Notes: a model not told the origin generated them from the sequence alone. A stretch of DNA of 64,000 nucleotides from Promethearchaeota archaeon (GCA_029838195.1 JALGVJ010000018.1:1-64000), one strand, 5' to 3'. Shown: positions 42,953 through 53,401, numbered from the stretch's first letter. Made by a program: numbers and translations.

Positions 42953-43594
42953 GTGAAAAATATTTCCTTTAAAAAATTCAAGCCAACTAAAACGAATTTA
43001 TTATTACTAGAAAAAAAATTAAAATTCACTGTTAGAGGAGAAAATTTTCTCGAATTTAAAAGAGAGCAGATTATAAACGAGATTAAACGATATTTTCCAG
43101 AATATCTCTCTTTAAGAAAAGAGTTTTTAGACTTGTATAAACAAGCGATTAAAAAATTGTTTAAAACTTATGAAGACATGGGAACGAGAAATTTTTATTT
43201 AATCAGTAAAATGAGCAAGATTCAGTTCGCTCCTAAAGTTTCTATTGAATATATAAAACAAATGGGAATCATTATTCCTTCCATTAAATATAAGTTAAAA
43301 GAAGAAAAACAATTGCCCGCTTATTCATTTGAAAATACCAGCCATCATCTTGATGATTTAATAAAAATTTTAATAAATTTATTTCAAACTCTTAATTCCT
43401 TGGCAGAGAAAGAAGACATGGTGCTAAAATATGCTTTAAATTTTAAAAAATTAAACCGGAGGATTAATGGTCTCAAAAATATCATAATCCCCCAACTCCA
43501 ACAAGAAATAAAAATAATTAAGGAAATTTTAGAAGAAATTGACAGGGAAAATTTTGTCCGGTTGAAAAAAGTAAAGAGTTTAATAATAAAATGA
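42953..43594 (+). CDS. atpD: A/V-type ATP synthase subunit D
   Basis: PTKTNL, RRINGLKNIIIP, EEIDRENFVRLK; GTG start. Confidence 0.92.
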   Translation: MKNISFKKFKPTKTNLLLLEKKLKFTVRGENFLEFKREQIINEIKRYFPEYLSLRKEFLDLYKQAIKKLFKTYEDMGTRNFYLISKMSKIQFAPKVSIEYIKQMGIIIPSIKYKLKEEKQLPAYSFENTSHHLDDLIKILINLFQTLNSLAEKEDMVLKYALNFKKLNRRINGLKNIIIPQLQQEIKIIKEILEEIDRENFVRLKKVKSLIIK

Positions 43595-43615
43595 ATATGA
43601 GGTGCCAGAACAGCA

Positions 43616-45844
43616 ATGAAAAATCATACTGAAATGACCCTATTTAGAGTTACTATTAACAAGAATTTTAAGGATAAATTTTTAAATCAACTTTCTCAAA
43701 TTCGCAATGTCCACATTAAGGAAAGAACGGATTTAGATGCAAAAAAAAGCGAGCAGGCTTTGGAAGAACAAGTGATAATAAATAAATTAAAGAAATTACG
43801 ACAACTTTCCGATTCCTTATTTAAAAAATTGAATATTAAAGCAACAGACTTTGCACAATTGAAAATTGAAAATAAGCAAATATTTTCTGGCGAGAATCTA
43901 GAGGAGATTATCGACCATGTCACGGAAGAGATTAATTTTTATGTGAATCGAATTAATGAATTGGAGCGATACATTGTCAAGGCAAGCATGGAACTTGAAG
44001 CCATGAAATTAAATGAGGAATGTTTTAAATTTCTCAATGATTTTGGCTTAAATCGCACCAATTTAAACTATTTTTCCCAACTTGGATTTAAGGTATATAC
44101 TACTTTTAAGAAAAACTTAGAAAATTTCTTAAATTTATTTGAATTTGATGTTTTTCCTAATGTGAATCAATGGAAGGAAATATCCGATGAAAGAATCATA
44201 TTTTTTGTCATTTATCCCAAGAACAAAGAAAACGATTTAAAAGAACGAATTAAATTAATTCATGCGGAAGAAATACCTATTTTAAAAAAATATCTATTCC
44301 CTGACAGAATTAATTTTGATCGCATCTCGAAAGAGATTAATTATATTAATAAAACTTTATCGAAATATGAATATGAAATCCAATACATTCGAGATAAAAA
44401 CTTGTTAAAATTCGCTGCAATTGAAGAAGTGATAAAAAACATTGAAGAATACTTCTGGGCAGAACAACAATTTGAGGAAGAAACTCCAGATACTCTAAAG
44501 CTTAAATTTTTCATCCCAATAGATGATAAGGAACAAGTTAAAAATCAACTCATCAAAGTTTTTAAAGATAAAATCACTTTTGATGCGGTTGATATCTCTA
44601 AAAAACGCAAAACCCTTGAGACAAGAAGAGAGAGAAGACAACGAGCCCTTCAAGGTCGCAAGGGGAAAAAAAAGGAAGAAAGCGATCTTAGAAATGAAGC
44701 ACCCACCATCATGAGAAATTTCTTTCTTTTTCGACCTTTTGAAACCTTGACGAAAATGTATGGCGTGCCGGCTTATTCGGAAATTGACCCCACCCCTTTC
44801 ATCGCCATTACTTTTCCCTTATTATTTGGGTTAATGTTTGGAGATATCGGACATGGCATTGTTTTGATTATCGCAGGGTTTGTCGGAGGCATACTCTTCC
44901 GAAAAAAAGGAGAAAACTTGCGGAATTTTTCTTGGATAATTTTTTATTGTGGTTGGGGTTCGGTTCTTGCGGGTTTCCTCTATGGCGAATTTTTTGGAAT
45001 GCATGAAATGTTTGGGCAAGAGCTAAGACCTGTTGTAATAGGAACCTTTACTTTACATAATCCTCTTGAAAATATTACCACCGTGTTTAAATTTACAATT
45101 TTAATTGGCGTGTTTCATATAAATCTGGGATGGATAATTCAATTCATGAATTATTGGAAACAATCGCAAAAATACCTTGCAATCACGGACTCTTTTATAA
45201 AAATCTTGTTTCTCACGGGAGGGACTATACTGCTGTTTGGCTGGGGATTTGACCTTAATGCTTGGCTTTTAGAACCGTATCCCATTCTCTTACCGGTAAT
45301 TCCAGGCATATTATTAATCGTTTTAAAACCCCTTGGAAAAGTTCTTAACGTTTCCTACCTCCGAGAAGAATCTTATAGTAGCTTGTTGGGAGAAGGCTCC
45401 ATGGAAACGTTTGAAACCTTTTTGTCCGTTTTAAGTAATGTAGCATCCTATATTCGTATATTAGCTTTGAGCTTGGCTCATATCGCATTGATGATTGCCA
45501 TTCAAGCCATGATAAATCTCATCCAAGTCGGAAATATCTTCATGCAAATCTTCGTGATAATTGGCTTGATCTTCGGAAATATCGTCGTCATCCTATTAGA
45601 AGGAATTCTCGTATTCATAAATGCCCTCCGATTGCATTTCTATGAATTCTTCTTCAAATTTTATAAAGGTAGCGGTAAGGAATTCTTTCCCTTCTATTTG
45701 AGTAATACTTACTCAACCATTGAAATCGTCTTAAAACCAGAAGTTGACATGATTTCTGAAGAAGTTGAAAGAGAAATTATCGTTAAAAAAGCTCAAGAAC
45801 ATATCAAGGAGGCAAAAGATTATATATTGAATAAATATTCGTAA
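43616..45844 (+). CDS. atpI: A/V-type ATP synthase subunit I (a)
   Basis: YGVPAYSEIDPT, FGLMFGDIGHG, SYIRILAL (essential Arg), LRLHFYEFF. Confidence 0.96.
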   Translation: MKNHTEMTLFRVTINKNFKDKFLNQLSQIRNVHIKERTDLDAKKSEQALEEQVIINKLKKLRQLSDSLFKKLNIKATDFAQLKIENKQIFSGENLEEIIDHVTEEINFYVNRINELERYIVKASMELEAMKLNEECFKFLNDFGLNRTNLNYFSQLGFKVYTTFKKNLENFLNLFEFDVFPNVNQWKEISDERIIFFVIYPKNKENDLKERIKLIHAEEIPILKKYLFPDRINFDRISKEINYINKTLSKYEYEIQYIRDKNLLKFAAIEEVIKNIEEYFWAEQQFEEETPDTLKLKFFIPIDDKEQVKNQLIKVFKDKITFDAVDISKKRKTLETRRERRQRALQGRKGKKKEESDLRNEAPTIMRNFFLFRPFETLTKMYGVPAYSEIDPTPFIAITFPLLFGLMFGDIGHGIVLIIAGFVGGILFRKKGENLRNFSWIIFYCGWGSVLAGFLYGEFFGMHEMFGQELRPVVIGTFTLHNPLENITTVFKFTILIGVFHINLGWIIQFMNYWKQSQKYLAITDSFIKILFLTGGTILLFGWGFDLNAWLLEPYPILLPVIPGILLIVLKPLGKVLNVSYLREESYSSLLGEGSMETFETFLSVLSNVASYIRILALSLAHIALMIAIQAMINLIQVGNIFMQIFVIIGLIFGNIVVILLEGILVFINALRLHFYEFFFKFYKGSGKEFFPFYLSNTYSTIEIVLKPEVDMISEEVEREIIVKKAQEHIKEAKDYILNKYS

Positions 45845-45933
45845 TCCTCTCTCGCAATTCCTTGTGCTTTATAGTTGCACGAGAAAAAAAACCACGCCGT
45901 ACTGCCATTAAAAAATAGGAGAAAAATTAAATA

Positions 45934-46386
45934 ATGGAAAAGAAAAAAAAAGAACACCCTCAAGTCAAAAATGGGTTTAGGAAAAAATGGATGGGAAAAA
46001 TAATAATCTTAGCCATTTATACCGCTTTACTTTCTATTTTATATCTCTACATGATGAGCCTCAATACTCATCCCATAGTCGCATTTTTAACTAATCTTTT
46101 CCTTTTTCTGGTCTTCCTCGGTATTATCATTAAAGGTAAAAATATTAAATCCTTTTATTCCCGCCTATTCCGTTCCAAAAAAGAACGAATGCTCTCCCAA
46201 TCTCAAACTAGAAAGAGGAGATATGAGTTGAAAAAAGAAATTCAAAATTCAACAATTAAAGAGATTGCGCCCATAAGTCTTGATTTTAAATATAAAAAAA
46301 CATTGCTGAGAAAATGTGATAACTGCGGAATGGTCTTGCCCGCTTTCGCTAAAAAATGCTATAATTGCGGAAAAGAATTGTCATGA
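45934..46386 (+). CDS. membrane protein with C-terminal zinc ribbon
   Basis: Two TM segments; CDNCG...CYNCG. Confidence 0.75.
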   Translation: MEKKKKEHPQVKNGFRKKWMGKIIILAIYTALLSILYLYMMSLNTHPIVAFLTNLFLFLVFLGIIIKGKNIKSFYSRLFRSKKERMLSQSQTRKRRYELKKEIQNSTIKEIAPISLDFKYKKTLLRKCDNCGMVLPAFAKKCYNCGKELS

Positions 46387-46448
46387 AAAATCCAAAAGAA
46401 ATAGAAAATATTATTTTCCATTTATTAGTCCATTCGATAAAAAATCGA

Positions 46449-46547
46449 TGCACCTGCCGGGATTCGAACCCGGGTCGCTGGCTTGGGAAGCCAGCATACT
46501 AACCATTGTACAAATAGCCGTTTGCTAATTTTCTATACAACAGGTGC
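46449..46547 (-). tRNA. tRNA-Gly(CCC) with 27-nt D-loop intron (46506-46532)
   Basis: Acceptor GCACCTG/CAGGTGC+A; anticodon arm CTGGC-TTCCCAA-GCCAG; T-arm CCGGG-TTCGAAT-CCCGG; 72 nt after intron removal. Confidence 0.92.
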
Positions 46548-46609
46548 TTGGTTAACCAATTAAAATATAATTAAACGAAATAATTAAATCTTTTTGTTAT
46601 GGGACGGAT

Positions 46610-48799
46610 TCACCATGAAAGTCCTTTTTTAAAACGCAAATCGCTAATGATTTCTTGAGCTTCATGGGGAGGTACTTCCATAAAGGAATGGAATTCATTT
46701 TGCCAGAAGGCTCGTCCGGAAGTGGAGGAGCGAATGTCTTCCACGAATTTTATTGATTTTCTGACGGGGAGGAGGGTTTCGATAGTGGCTTGGTATTCTT
46801 TTTCTTGATTGATGGCCTTAATTTTGGCACCATATTTTGATAAAATCGTCAAGGTATTTTTAATATATTCGGGAGGGACTTGAATGATGGTTTTATAAAT
46901 CGGTTCGATAAGGATCATTTCGCTTTCTTTAAGCCCTTGTTTTATTCCATCATAGAGAAGGGCAGATAATTCAGTAAACAAGCGTTCTTCATCAATATCA
47001 TTTAAGATTAAATCCATTATTTTAATTTTGATTTGTGTTAATTTTTCACCGGCAAGAGGGCCGTTCATGTGAATTTTTTCAACGATCGTGAGTATATTTT
47101 CCTTGATGAGGGGATTTAATTCTTTTTGGTTTTTAAAGAACAAGATGTTATAATCCTCATCACATTGCCAGAAATCTTGTATTTCTTCCTCAGTAAGGCC
47201 AGTATTCATTTTTAAGATGGATTTTAGATGGTCAAGGGGTTTAATGGACTCAATGGTAGTGGTTTGCAAAAATTTAACGGTTTTATCATCCAACCGTTCG
47301 ATTTGAAGCTTAATGAAATTTTGGCCATTTGCCGAATGAATTTCAATGAGAGAAGATTTATTCTTACAAGATTCTTTAAACACGGGGCGGGGTTCAGAAA
47401 TGGAAACCTTAACACCCCGTTTTTCGATTTCTTTGGCAGTAATTTCAAGATGGAGGGGCCCCATACCAGATAATAGAAATTCGCCATTTTCTTCGTTAAT
47501 TTCAAATTTTAAATTTGGATCTTCGATTAATAGATGTTCTATTATTTCTTTCATGGACTCAATTTCTCTTAAATATTCGGGTTCGATGGATACAGTCACC
47601 ACGGGAGTGGTCACGTATTTCACATTTTCAAAAGGCACCATTTCATTCATGATCGAAGGTTCGATGATGGTTTCCCCACTTTTCACGTTTTTTAAACCTT
47701 CAATAGCAACGATGTTTCCCGCAGGGAGTTGTTTTACCCGTTGTCTCCGCTGTCCCATGAAAAGAGCAATTTTTTGAATGGTTTCGATCGCATTTTCCCT
47801 CATGAGAAAAATTTCTTTTTTTTCCGTGCATGTCCCCGAAAAAATTCGGCCCGTAGCGATCAATCCGTGCTTTTCTGCTTGAACCTTGCTCAAGCAAATA
47901 ACTAAAGGGCTCCCAGGATCGCATGATTTCATAGCTCTTGCTATCTCAGAGTTTTTGTTTCCTTCCCAAATTTTTTCAATGCGATATTGTTGGGCGGTTC
48001 GGGGGTCCGGTAAATGATTTACTACCATTTCCAAGATTGCCTCATGGATGGGAAAATATACGGTTAAATCTTCAAATTTTCTTTCTGAGATGGTATCTTT
48101 TTCATAACGTTCTCGAATATCTTTAAACTTTAAGGTACTCTTGTTCAACATATTTAAAGTAAATCCCCATTTATGAAGGGCAGAACCAAACGCAACGGTT
48201 CCATCCGCGGGCGATACTTTCCAGGCTTGCTTGAAAGGAGACTCCGCAAAGTGTTCGATCAACGTGTTGAAGTCATTGATGATACGCGTGTATTTTTTTC
48301 TTATTTTATCATCCGTGAGATTAAGTTCTCGAATGAGACGATCTACTTTATTAATAAACAAGACGGGTTTCACGCGCTCTTCTAAAGCTTGTCGTATTAC
48401 CGTCTCGGATTGAGAGATGATTTCTTCCACCGCATCCACTACAACAACAACCCCATCGACTAATCTCAAGGCACGAGTCACCTTTCCACTGAAATCTAAG
48501 TGGCCTGGAGTATCAACCAAGTTGATGACGAAAGGTTCGTTTTTTTCGCCCGCTTTCTCATAATACAAGGATATATTTGCGGATTTCATCGTTATTCCTC
48601 TTTTTTGCTCCTCTTCTAAGAAATCTAACGCGCGAGCTTCTCCGGCTAATTCTGGTGATAATAGACCTGCCTCACTCAATAATGAATCTGAGAGTGTTGT
48701 TTTCCCATGATCAATATGTCCGATTAAACCAAAATTCCTGACTGAAGCAGGATTTTTCATTAATGCAACGATTTCAGAAGGATCTTTTCGGCGAGGCAT
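46610..48799 (-). CDS. elongation factor 2 paralog (aEF-2p-like)
   Basis: GHIDHGKTT, RGITM, DTPGH, NKVD, GMGPLHLE; domain IV lacks the HRG diphthamide motif. Confidence 0.88.
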   Translation of the reverse strand: MPRRKDPSEIVALMKNPASVRNFGLIGHIDHGKTTLSDSLLSEAGLLSPELAGEARALDFLEEEQKRGITMKSANISLYYEKAGEKNEPFVINLVDTPGHLDFSGKVTRALRLVDGVVVVVDAVEEIISQSETVIRQALEERVKPVLFINKVDRLIRELNLTDDKIRKKYTRIINDFNTLIEHFAESPFKQAWKVSPADGTVAFGSALHKWGFTLNMLNKSTLKFKDIRERYEKDTISERKFEDLTVYFPIHEAILEMVVNHLPDPRTAQQYRIEKIWEGNKNSEIARAMKSCDPGSPLVICLSKVQAEKHGLIATGRIFSGTCTEKKEIFLMRENAIETIQKIALFMGQRRQRVKQLPAGNIVAIEGLKNVKSGETIIEPSIMNEMVPFENVKYVTTPVVTVSIEPEYLREIESMKEIIEHLLIEDPNLKFEINEENGEFLLSGMGPLHLEITAKEIEKRGVKVSISEPRPVFKESCKNKSSLIEIHSANGQNFIKLQIERLDDKTVKFLQTTTIESIKPLDHLKSILKMNTGLTEEEIQDFWQCDEDYNILFFKNQKELNPLIKENILTIVEKIHMNGPLAGEKLTQIKIKIMDLILNDIDEERLFTELSALLYDGIKQGLKESEMILIEPIYKTIIQVPPEYIKNTLTILSKYGAKIKAINQEKEYQATIETLLPVRKSIKFVEDIRSSTSGRAFWQNEFHSFMEVPPHEAQEIISDLRFKKGLSW

Positions 48800-48997
48800 T
48801 ATAATCCATAAAATTCATTGGGATTAGATAATTCTTATTATTAATTGTTAAAATTAATAGGGTGCTAAGAAGGGGGAATGGGAAATGATATTTCATAACT
48901 CAAGATCTTCTTCATCTATTAATTGGAATCTTAATATCGGATGGGTCAGAACATTCATTAAATGATCATTTCCCAAGAAGAAAAAGAACGAATCCTA

Positions 48998-49633
48998 TTA
49001 TAACTTAACTTCTCCATCAATTTTCACTATTCTGCCCTCCACGTGTAGTCGTTTATCGCAGAAGAGTTCAATGGCTTTAGGGAAGATTTTATGCTCCCAT
49101 TGTAAGACCCTTGCAGCGAGCGTTTCTTCCGTGTCCGTATCATAGACGGGCACGCATTTTTGAATGATGATGGGGCCATGATCTTCCTTATTATCCACGA
49201 AATGCACGGTACAGCCTGAGACTTTTACACCATAATTCAAAACATCGAGGTGGGCGTGCATGCCTTTGAAAGAGGGCAATAAGGAAGGATGGATGTTCAT
49301 CACGTTTCCATTAAAGGCATCAATGAAATGTTGGCTAACCAATCTCATGTATCCAACGAGCACGATGAGTTCGCATTCATATTTTTTAAGAACTTGGATC
49401 ATCTTATCGTCAAATTCTTCTCTGGTTCCGATGTGTTTATCCGATTCTATTAAATAATAGGTAATGCCGTGATTTTTAGCTCGTTCCAAGCAATAGGCCC
49501 CCGCTTTATTGCATATTAAAACTTCTACTGTGGCTTTATCTTTTAATATTCCTGATTCACACGCTACGACGATGGCTTCAAAATTTGAACCGGAACCGGA
49601 AGCAATGGCTCCAATCTTAACTTTAGATGTCAT
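48998..49633 (-). CDS. purN: phosphoribosylglycinamide formyltransferase
   Basis: ASGSGSNF, GYMR, NIHPSLLPSF, GCTVHFV, D.GPII; start reassigned to ATG 49633. Confidence 0.95.
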   Translation of the reverse strand: MTSKVKIGAIASGSGSNFEAIVVACESGILKDKATVEVLICNKAGAYCLERAKNHGITYYLIESDKHIGTREEFDDKMIQVLKKYECELIVLVGYMRLVSQHFIDAFNGNVMNIHPSLLPSFKGMHAHLDVLNYGVKVSGCTVHFVDNKEDHGPIIIQKCVPVYDTDTEETLAARVLQWEHKIFPKAIELFCDKRLHVEGRIVKIDGEVKL

Positions 49634-50230
49634 AATATTAGCGTACGTTTTATTTTTAATAAAATTTTTTATCAAGATAAGTATATTCGAGTTAGTTAGG
49701 GAACTTTGAAAAGAGGAATCCTTGTCGCTTTTTTTTTGAGTTTTACAATTTTTCTTGAAAGATTGGTTTAAATTGGCAAGAATTTGGTAGCGCGAATGAT
49801 TTTTAGGATGGTCGCCCAACCTTCTTACTTTAAAGCGAATAAGGAAGATCACCATAGAGAATAGGGTTAAACAAGAGAGAAAAAAATTTTAAGACCCCAA
49901 TTATGGAGAGGAAATTTATTATCTTAAATAATAGAAAGGTTTTTATTTTGTTTTTGTTTTAATTTATCATAGTCTAAGAAAATAATTTTTTCTAGATTTG
50001 CTTTATTATTTTTTAAAACGTAGGTATTACGTTATCTAATTATTTACAAGAATTATACAATTTCAATTATAAAATTAACCAAAATTGAGTTAATTGAAAA
50101 TTTATCATCATTATTATAAAAAGTCTAACATCTTGAATAAAAAATAGATACTTAACAATCAATTCAGAAAGAAGAGCATTATTTTTTCTGAGTTAATTAT
50201 ATAAAAAAGAAGAATGCATGCTGAAAATCC

Positions 50231-52141
50231 ATGTCGTATGAAACTGCTTTACAAAAAATAAAAGAACAAATCATCCAAAGCCTACCTCCAGATATCCAAG
50301 TTCATAAAATAGAATTTGAAGGGCCTGAAATTGCGGTGTACAGTTCGAATCACGAAACCGAAGAAATGGAAGATAACGCCATTTTAAAAGAACTGGCTAA
50401 GAAAATGAGAAAGCGCATTGTTTTCCGCTGGAACGTAGAGGAGAGAAAAGATCCTGCAGAGACAGAAGTATATATTAGAAACTTGGTGGGTGAGGAAGCT
50501 GAAATTTCTGCCATTGAATTTGATCACACTCGTGGAGAAGTGATTATTGAAAGTGGGAAGCCGGGAATTGTAATTGGCAAAAAAGGTATAAATTTGAAGG
50601 AAATAAGAAACAACACGTTTTGGCAACCAAAAACAATAAGGACACCTCCTTTGGAATCTAAAACGATTACTTTAATACGGGGCATGCTTACAAATGAGAG
50701 GAAAACCCAGAGAGATATCCTCTTGAGAATCGGCAAGAGAATCCATCGCCCTATTCTTTTCAAGGATTTAACTATCCGATTAACGACCTTAGGAGGATTT
50801 AGAGAAGTAGGACGATCATGCGTGTTAATGCAAACGAGAGATAGTAGCGTTCTATTAGATGCTGGCTTGAACGTGGGAAACCAAAATGAAAAATTTCCTC
50901 ATTTCGAAATACCTGAATTTTCAATAAGAGATTTAGATGCGGTTGTCATTACCCATGCCCATTTGGATCATTGCGGGATGGTACCTTTCCTATATAAATA
51001 TGGGTATCGAGGCCCCGTCTATTGCACGCTTCCAACACGCAATTTAGCCACCATGCTTCAACTAGATTTCATTCAAATCTGTGAGAAAGAAGGAATAGTT
51101 CCTCCTTATTCAAAGCGAGACGTGAAAACGACGGTTCTTCATACAATTCCTTTATCATGGGGTAAGGTCACGGACATTGCTCCCGATATTAAACTAACCC
51201 TGCACAATTCGGGACATATTTTGGGCTCTTCCATGGCACACTTGCACTTTGGCAAGGGAGGGTTCAATTTTGTCTATACGGGAGATTTTAAATATCAAAA
51301 AACTCGTTTATTAGAAAAAGCCACTGTAAAATTTCCACGCGTTGAAGGCTTACTAATTGAATCGACTTATGGGGGCCCTCAGGATAGAATTCCCAGCAGG
51401 CAAGATTCAGAAAAAGAGTTGCGGCAGATAATTAATTCTACCATAAAAAAAGGCGGAAAAATATTAATTCCCGTGTTAGCTGTTGGACGTGCCCAGGAAT
51501 TAATCATCGTGTTGGAAGAATTCATCTCAAAAGGTATAATTGATAAAATTCCCATCTTCCTGGATGGACTCATCGCAGAAGCCACGGCAATCCATACCGC
51601 TCATCCTGATTTCTTGAGCAGTGATTTAAGAGAAAAAATATTACACCAAGGGAAAAATCCGTTCTTGAGTGATTTTTTCACGGCCGTCAATACTCATCAA
51701 GAACGCCAAGATATCCTTTCTGGTGGTCCATGTGTTATCATGGCAACGAGCGGCATGCTCATGGGAGGGCCTTCGGTAGAATACTTGAAAGGCTTAGCAG
51801 AAGATAAAAATAATGCCTTGATCTTTGTTTCATATCAAGTTGCCGGCACGCTGGGGAACAGAATCCAAAAAGGGTTTAAAGAATTTCAATATGTTGATGA
51901 ACGAGGGCGCACGCAGTTAGTAAAATTAAATCTAAAAATATTCACCCTTGAAGGATTTTCCGGTCATTCCTCTCGATCACAAATCTCGCAATTTCTTAGG
52001 AGAATTCAGCCAAGACCAAGGATAATCCTCACAAATCACGGAGAAGAAAGTAAAACCATTAGCCTTTCCACCATGGTTCATAAAAAATTACGGAAAGCTA
52101 CAAAAGCGCCCCGAAATTGTGAAACGATTCTATTGAAATAA
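50231..52141 (+). CDS. fttA: aCPSF1/FttA beta-CASP ribonuclease with KH domains
   Basis: FEGPEI, KPGIVIGKKG, GGFREVGRS, THAHLDH, GHILGS, ESTYGG, GFSGH, NHGE. Confidence 0.96.
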   Translation: MSYETALQKIKEQIIQSLPPDIQVHKIEFEGPEIAVYSSNHETEEMEDNAILKELAKKMRKRIVFRWNVEERKDPAETEVYIRNLVGEEAEISAIEFDHTRGEVIIESGKPGIVIGKKGINLKEIRNNTFWQPKTIRTPPLESKTITLIRGMLTNERKTQRDILLRIGKRIHRPILFKDLTIRLTTLGGFREVGRSCVLMQTRDSSVLLDAGLNVGNQNEKFPHFEIPEFSIRDLDAVVITHAHLDHCGMVPFLYKYGYRGPVYCTLPTRNLATMLQLDFIQICEKEGIVPPYSKRDVKTTVLHTIPLSWGKVTDIAPDIKLTLHNSGHILGSSMAHLHFGKGGFNFVYTGDFKYQKTRLLEKATVKFPRVEGLLIESTYGGPQDRIPSRQDSEKELRQIINSTIKKGGKILIPVLAVGRAQELIIVLEEFISKGIIDKIPIFLDGLIAEATAIHTAHPDFLSSDLREKILHQGKNPFLSDFFTAVNTHQERQDILSGGPCVIMATSGMLMGGPSVEYLKGLAEDKNNALIFVSYQVAGTLGNRIQKGFKEFQYVDERGRTQLVKLNLKIFTLEGFSGHSSRSQISQFLRRIQPRPRIILTNHGEESKTISLSTMVHKKLRKATKAPRNCETILLK

Positions 52142-52456
52142 TTTGCCATTTTTTTTAAATAGAACATAACGTGAACAGCGGTAAGTTGAGTTAGCCGGAA
52201 CCATTTTTACCTCACTATTTCTAAGCGAATATCTCCTCCTCAAATTCTATTCCGTGAATGGTTTATCTTTTATTTTCAATTCAAGTTCATTAGCGGTTTC
52301 ATTAATTGCACGTTGTTGTTATTAGGCTCAATATTTTTTCGAATTTATTATTCGCTCTCAAGGATCCCTACTTTTAACGATCTAATGTGATTAGATATAA
52401 GAATTTTTTTAATGAAGGTATAATTTAATAAATTAAACTTGGAATAAAGTGGTAAT

Positions 52457-53401
52457 TTGAAGCGATTGATTCTTAAATTAAAAGAGAATTTAACCACGAA
52501 AATTCGCCATGTCATTCAGTTTATAATGTTTCTCATAATAAATTTTGGTATCATTGAATATATTTTTTCCTTGGATTTAATTGATTACTCCATTTTAATC
52601 AAGATCTTACCCATTTTAAACTCTCCCCGCAATCATCTTTCCTATGGCGCCGGTTTCTTGGAATATATCTTTTTTTCATTGACAGAGGGCACCTTTCCTT
52701 TCTTCCTCGTGGGCCTTCTCCTGCTAATTTTATTATTCTCGAACCGGTTTTTCTGTGGATGGATTTGTCCCGTAGGAGCGATTCAAGATGCGCTAATAGG
52801 GATTCCTACAAAAAATAAAAAAAGAGTTTCAAAAGAAACTCAAGAATTTTTAATCAAATTGAAAACATTCATATTAATTCTCTTGACAATCATGACCGTT
52901 CCCTTGGCGTATACGTTCACGACCAATTCAGAATTTTATGAAAATTATCGTGAAAATTTAGGTTATATGGGGGAAAAGCCCTTGGGATATTTCTCCCTCT
53001 CAGAATTTATCTTTTATTTCCTCCCTAACCTCATTCAAGAAATTGTAAAAAAAGCCAATTTTGAACCGCTTTTCAAGGATTTTCTAACCTTTTTTATTTT
53101 TGCTTTCTATATCATCATTATTATCATATCAATTTGGTATCCCCGAGCATACTGTCGCTATTTATGTCCTTTTGGAGCATTTGCCGCCCAAATAGGGAGA
53201 TATTCCTTTTTAAAATTAACACGCAGCCCGGTAAGATGCGTGGGAAGGGCACAATGCGGTAAATGTGAGAAAATCTGCCCAAAACAAGTACGCGTGTTGG
53301 ATGAACCTTTTGAATTCTTCACCGGAAAAGGAGAATGCAATCTCTGTATGAAATGCATGGAAGTGTGTGATTATATGGCAATTGAATTAACGTTTGGATG
53401 A
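52457..53401 (+). CDS. NapH/MauN-like membrane ferredoxin
   Basis: FFCGWICPVG and YCRYLCPFG motifs; two C-terminal 4Fe-4S motifs. Confidence 0.87.
   Translation: MKRLILKLKENLTTKIRHVIQFIMFLIINFGIIEYIFSLDLIDYSILIKILPILNSPRNHLSYGAGFLEYIFFSLTEGTFPFFLVGLLLLILLFSNRFFCGWICPVGAIQDALIGIPTKNKKRVSKETQEFLIKLKTFILILLTIMTVPLAYTFTTNSEFYENYRENLGYMGEKPLGYFSLSEFIFYFLPNLIQEIVKKANFEPLFKDFLTFFIFAFYIIIIIISIWYPRAYCRYLCPFGAFAAQIGRYSFLKLTRSPVRCVGRAQCGKCEKICPKQVRVLDEPFEFFTGKGECNLCMKCMEVCDYMAIELTFG

Noticed and set aside
46316-46528. 70-aa ORF on the + strand
   Set aside because: It is antisense to the tRNA-Gly gene and overlaps the zinc-ribbon gene.
49634-49855. N-terminal extension of purN in the ORF track
   Set aside because: PurN homology begins at MTSKVKIG (49633); the extension looks like translated AT-rich intergenic DNA.
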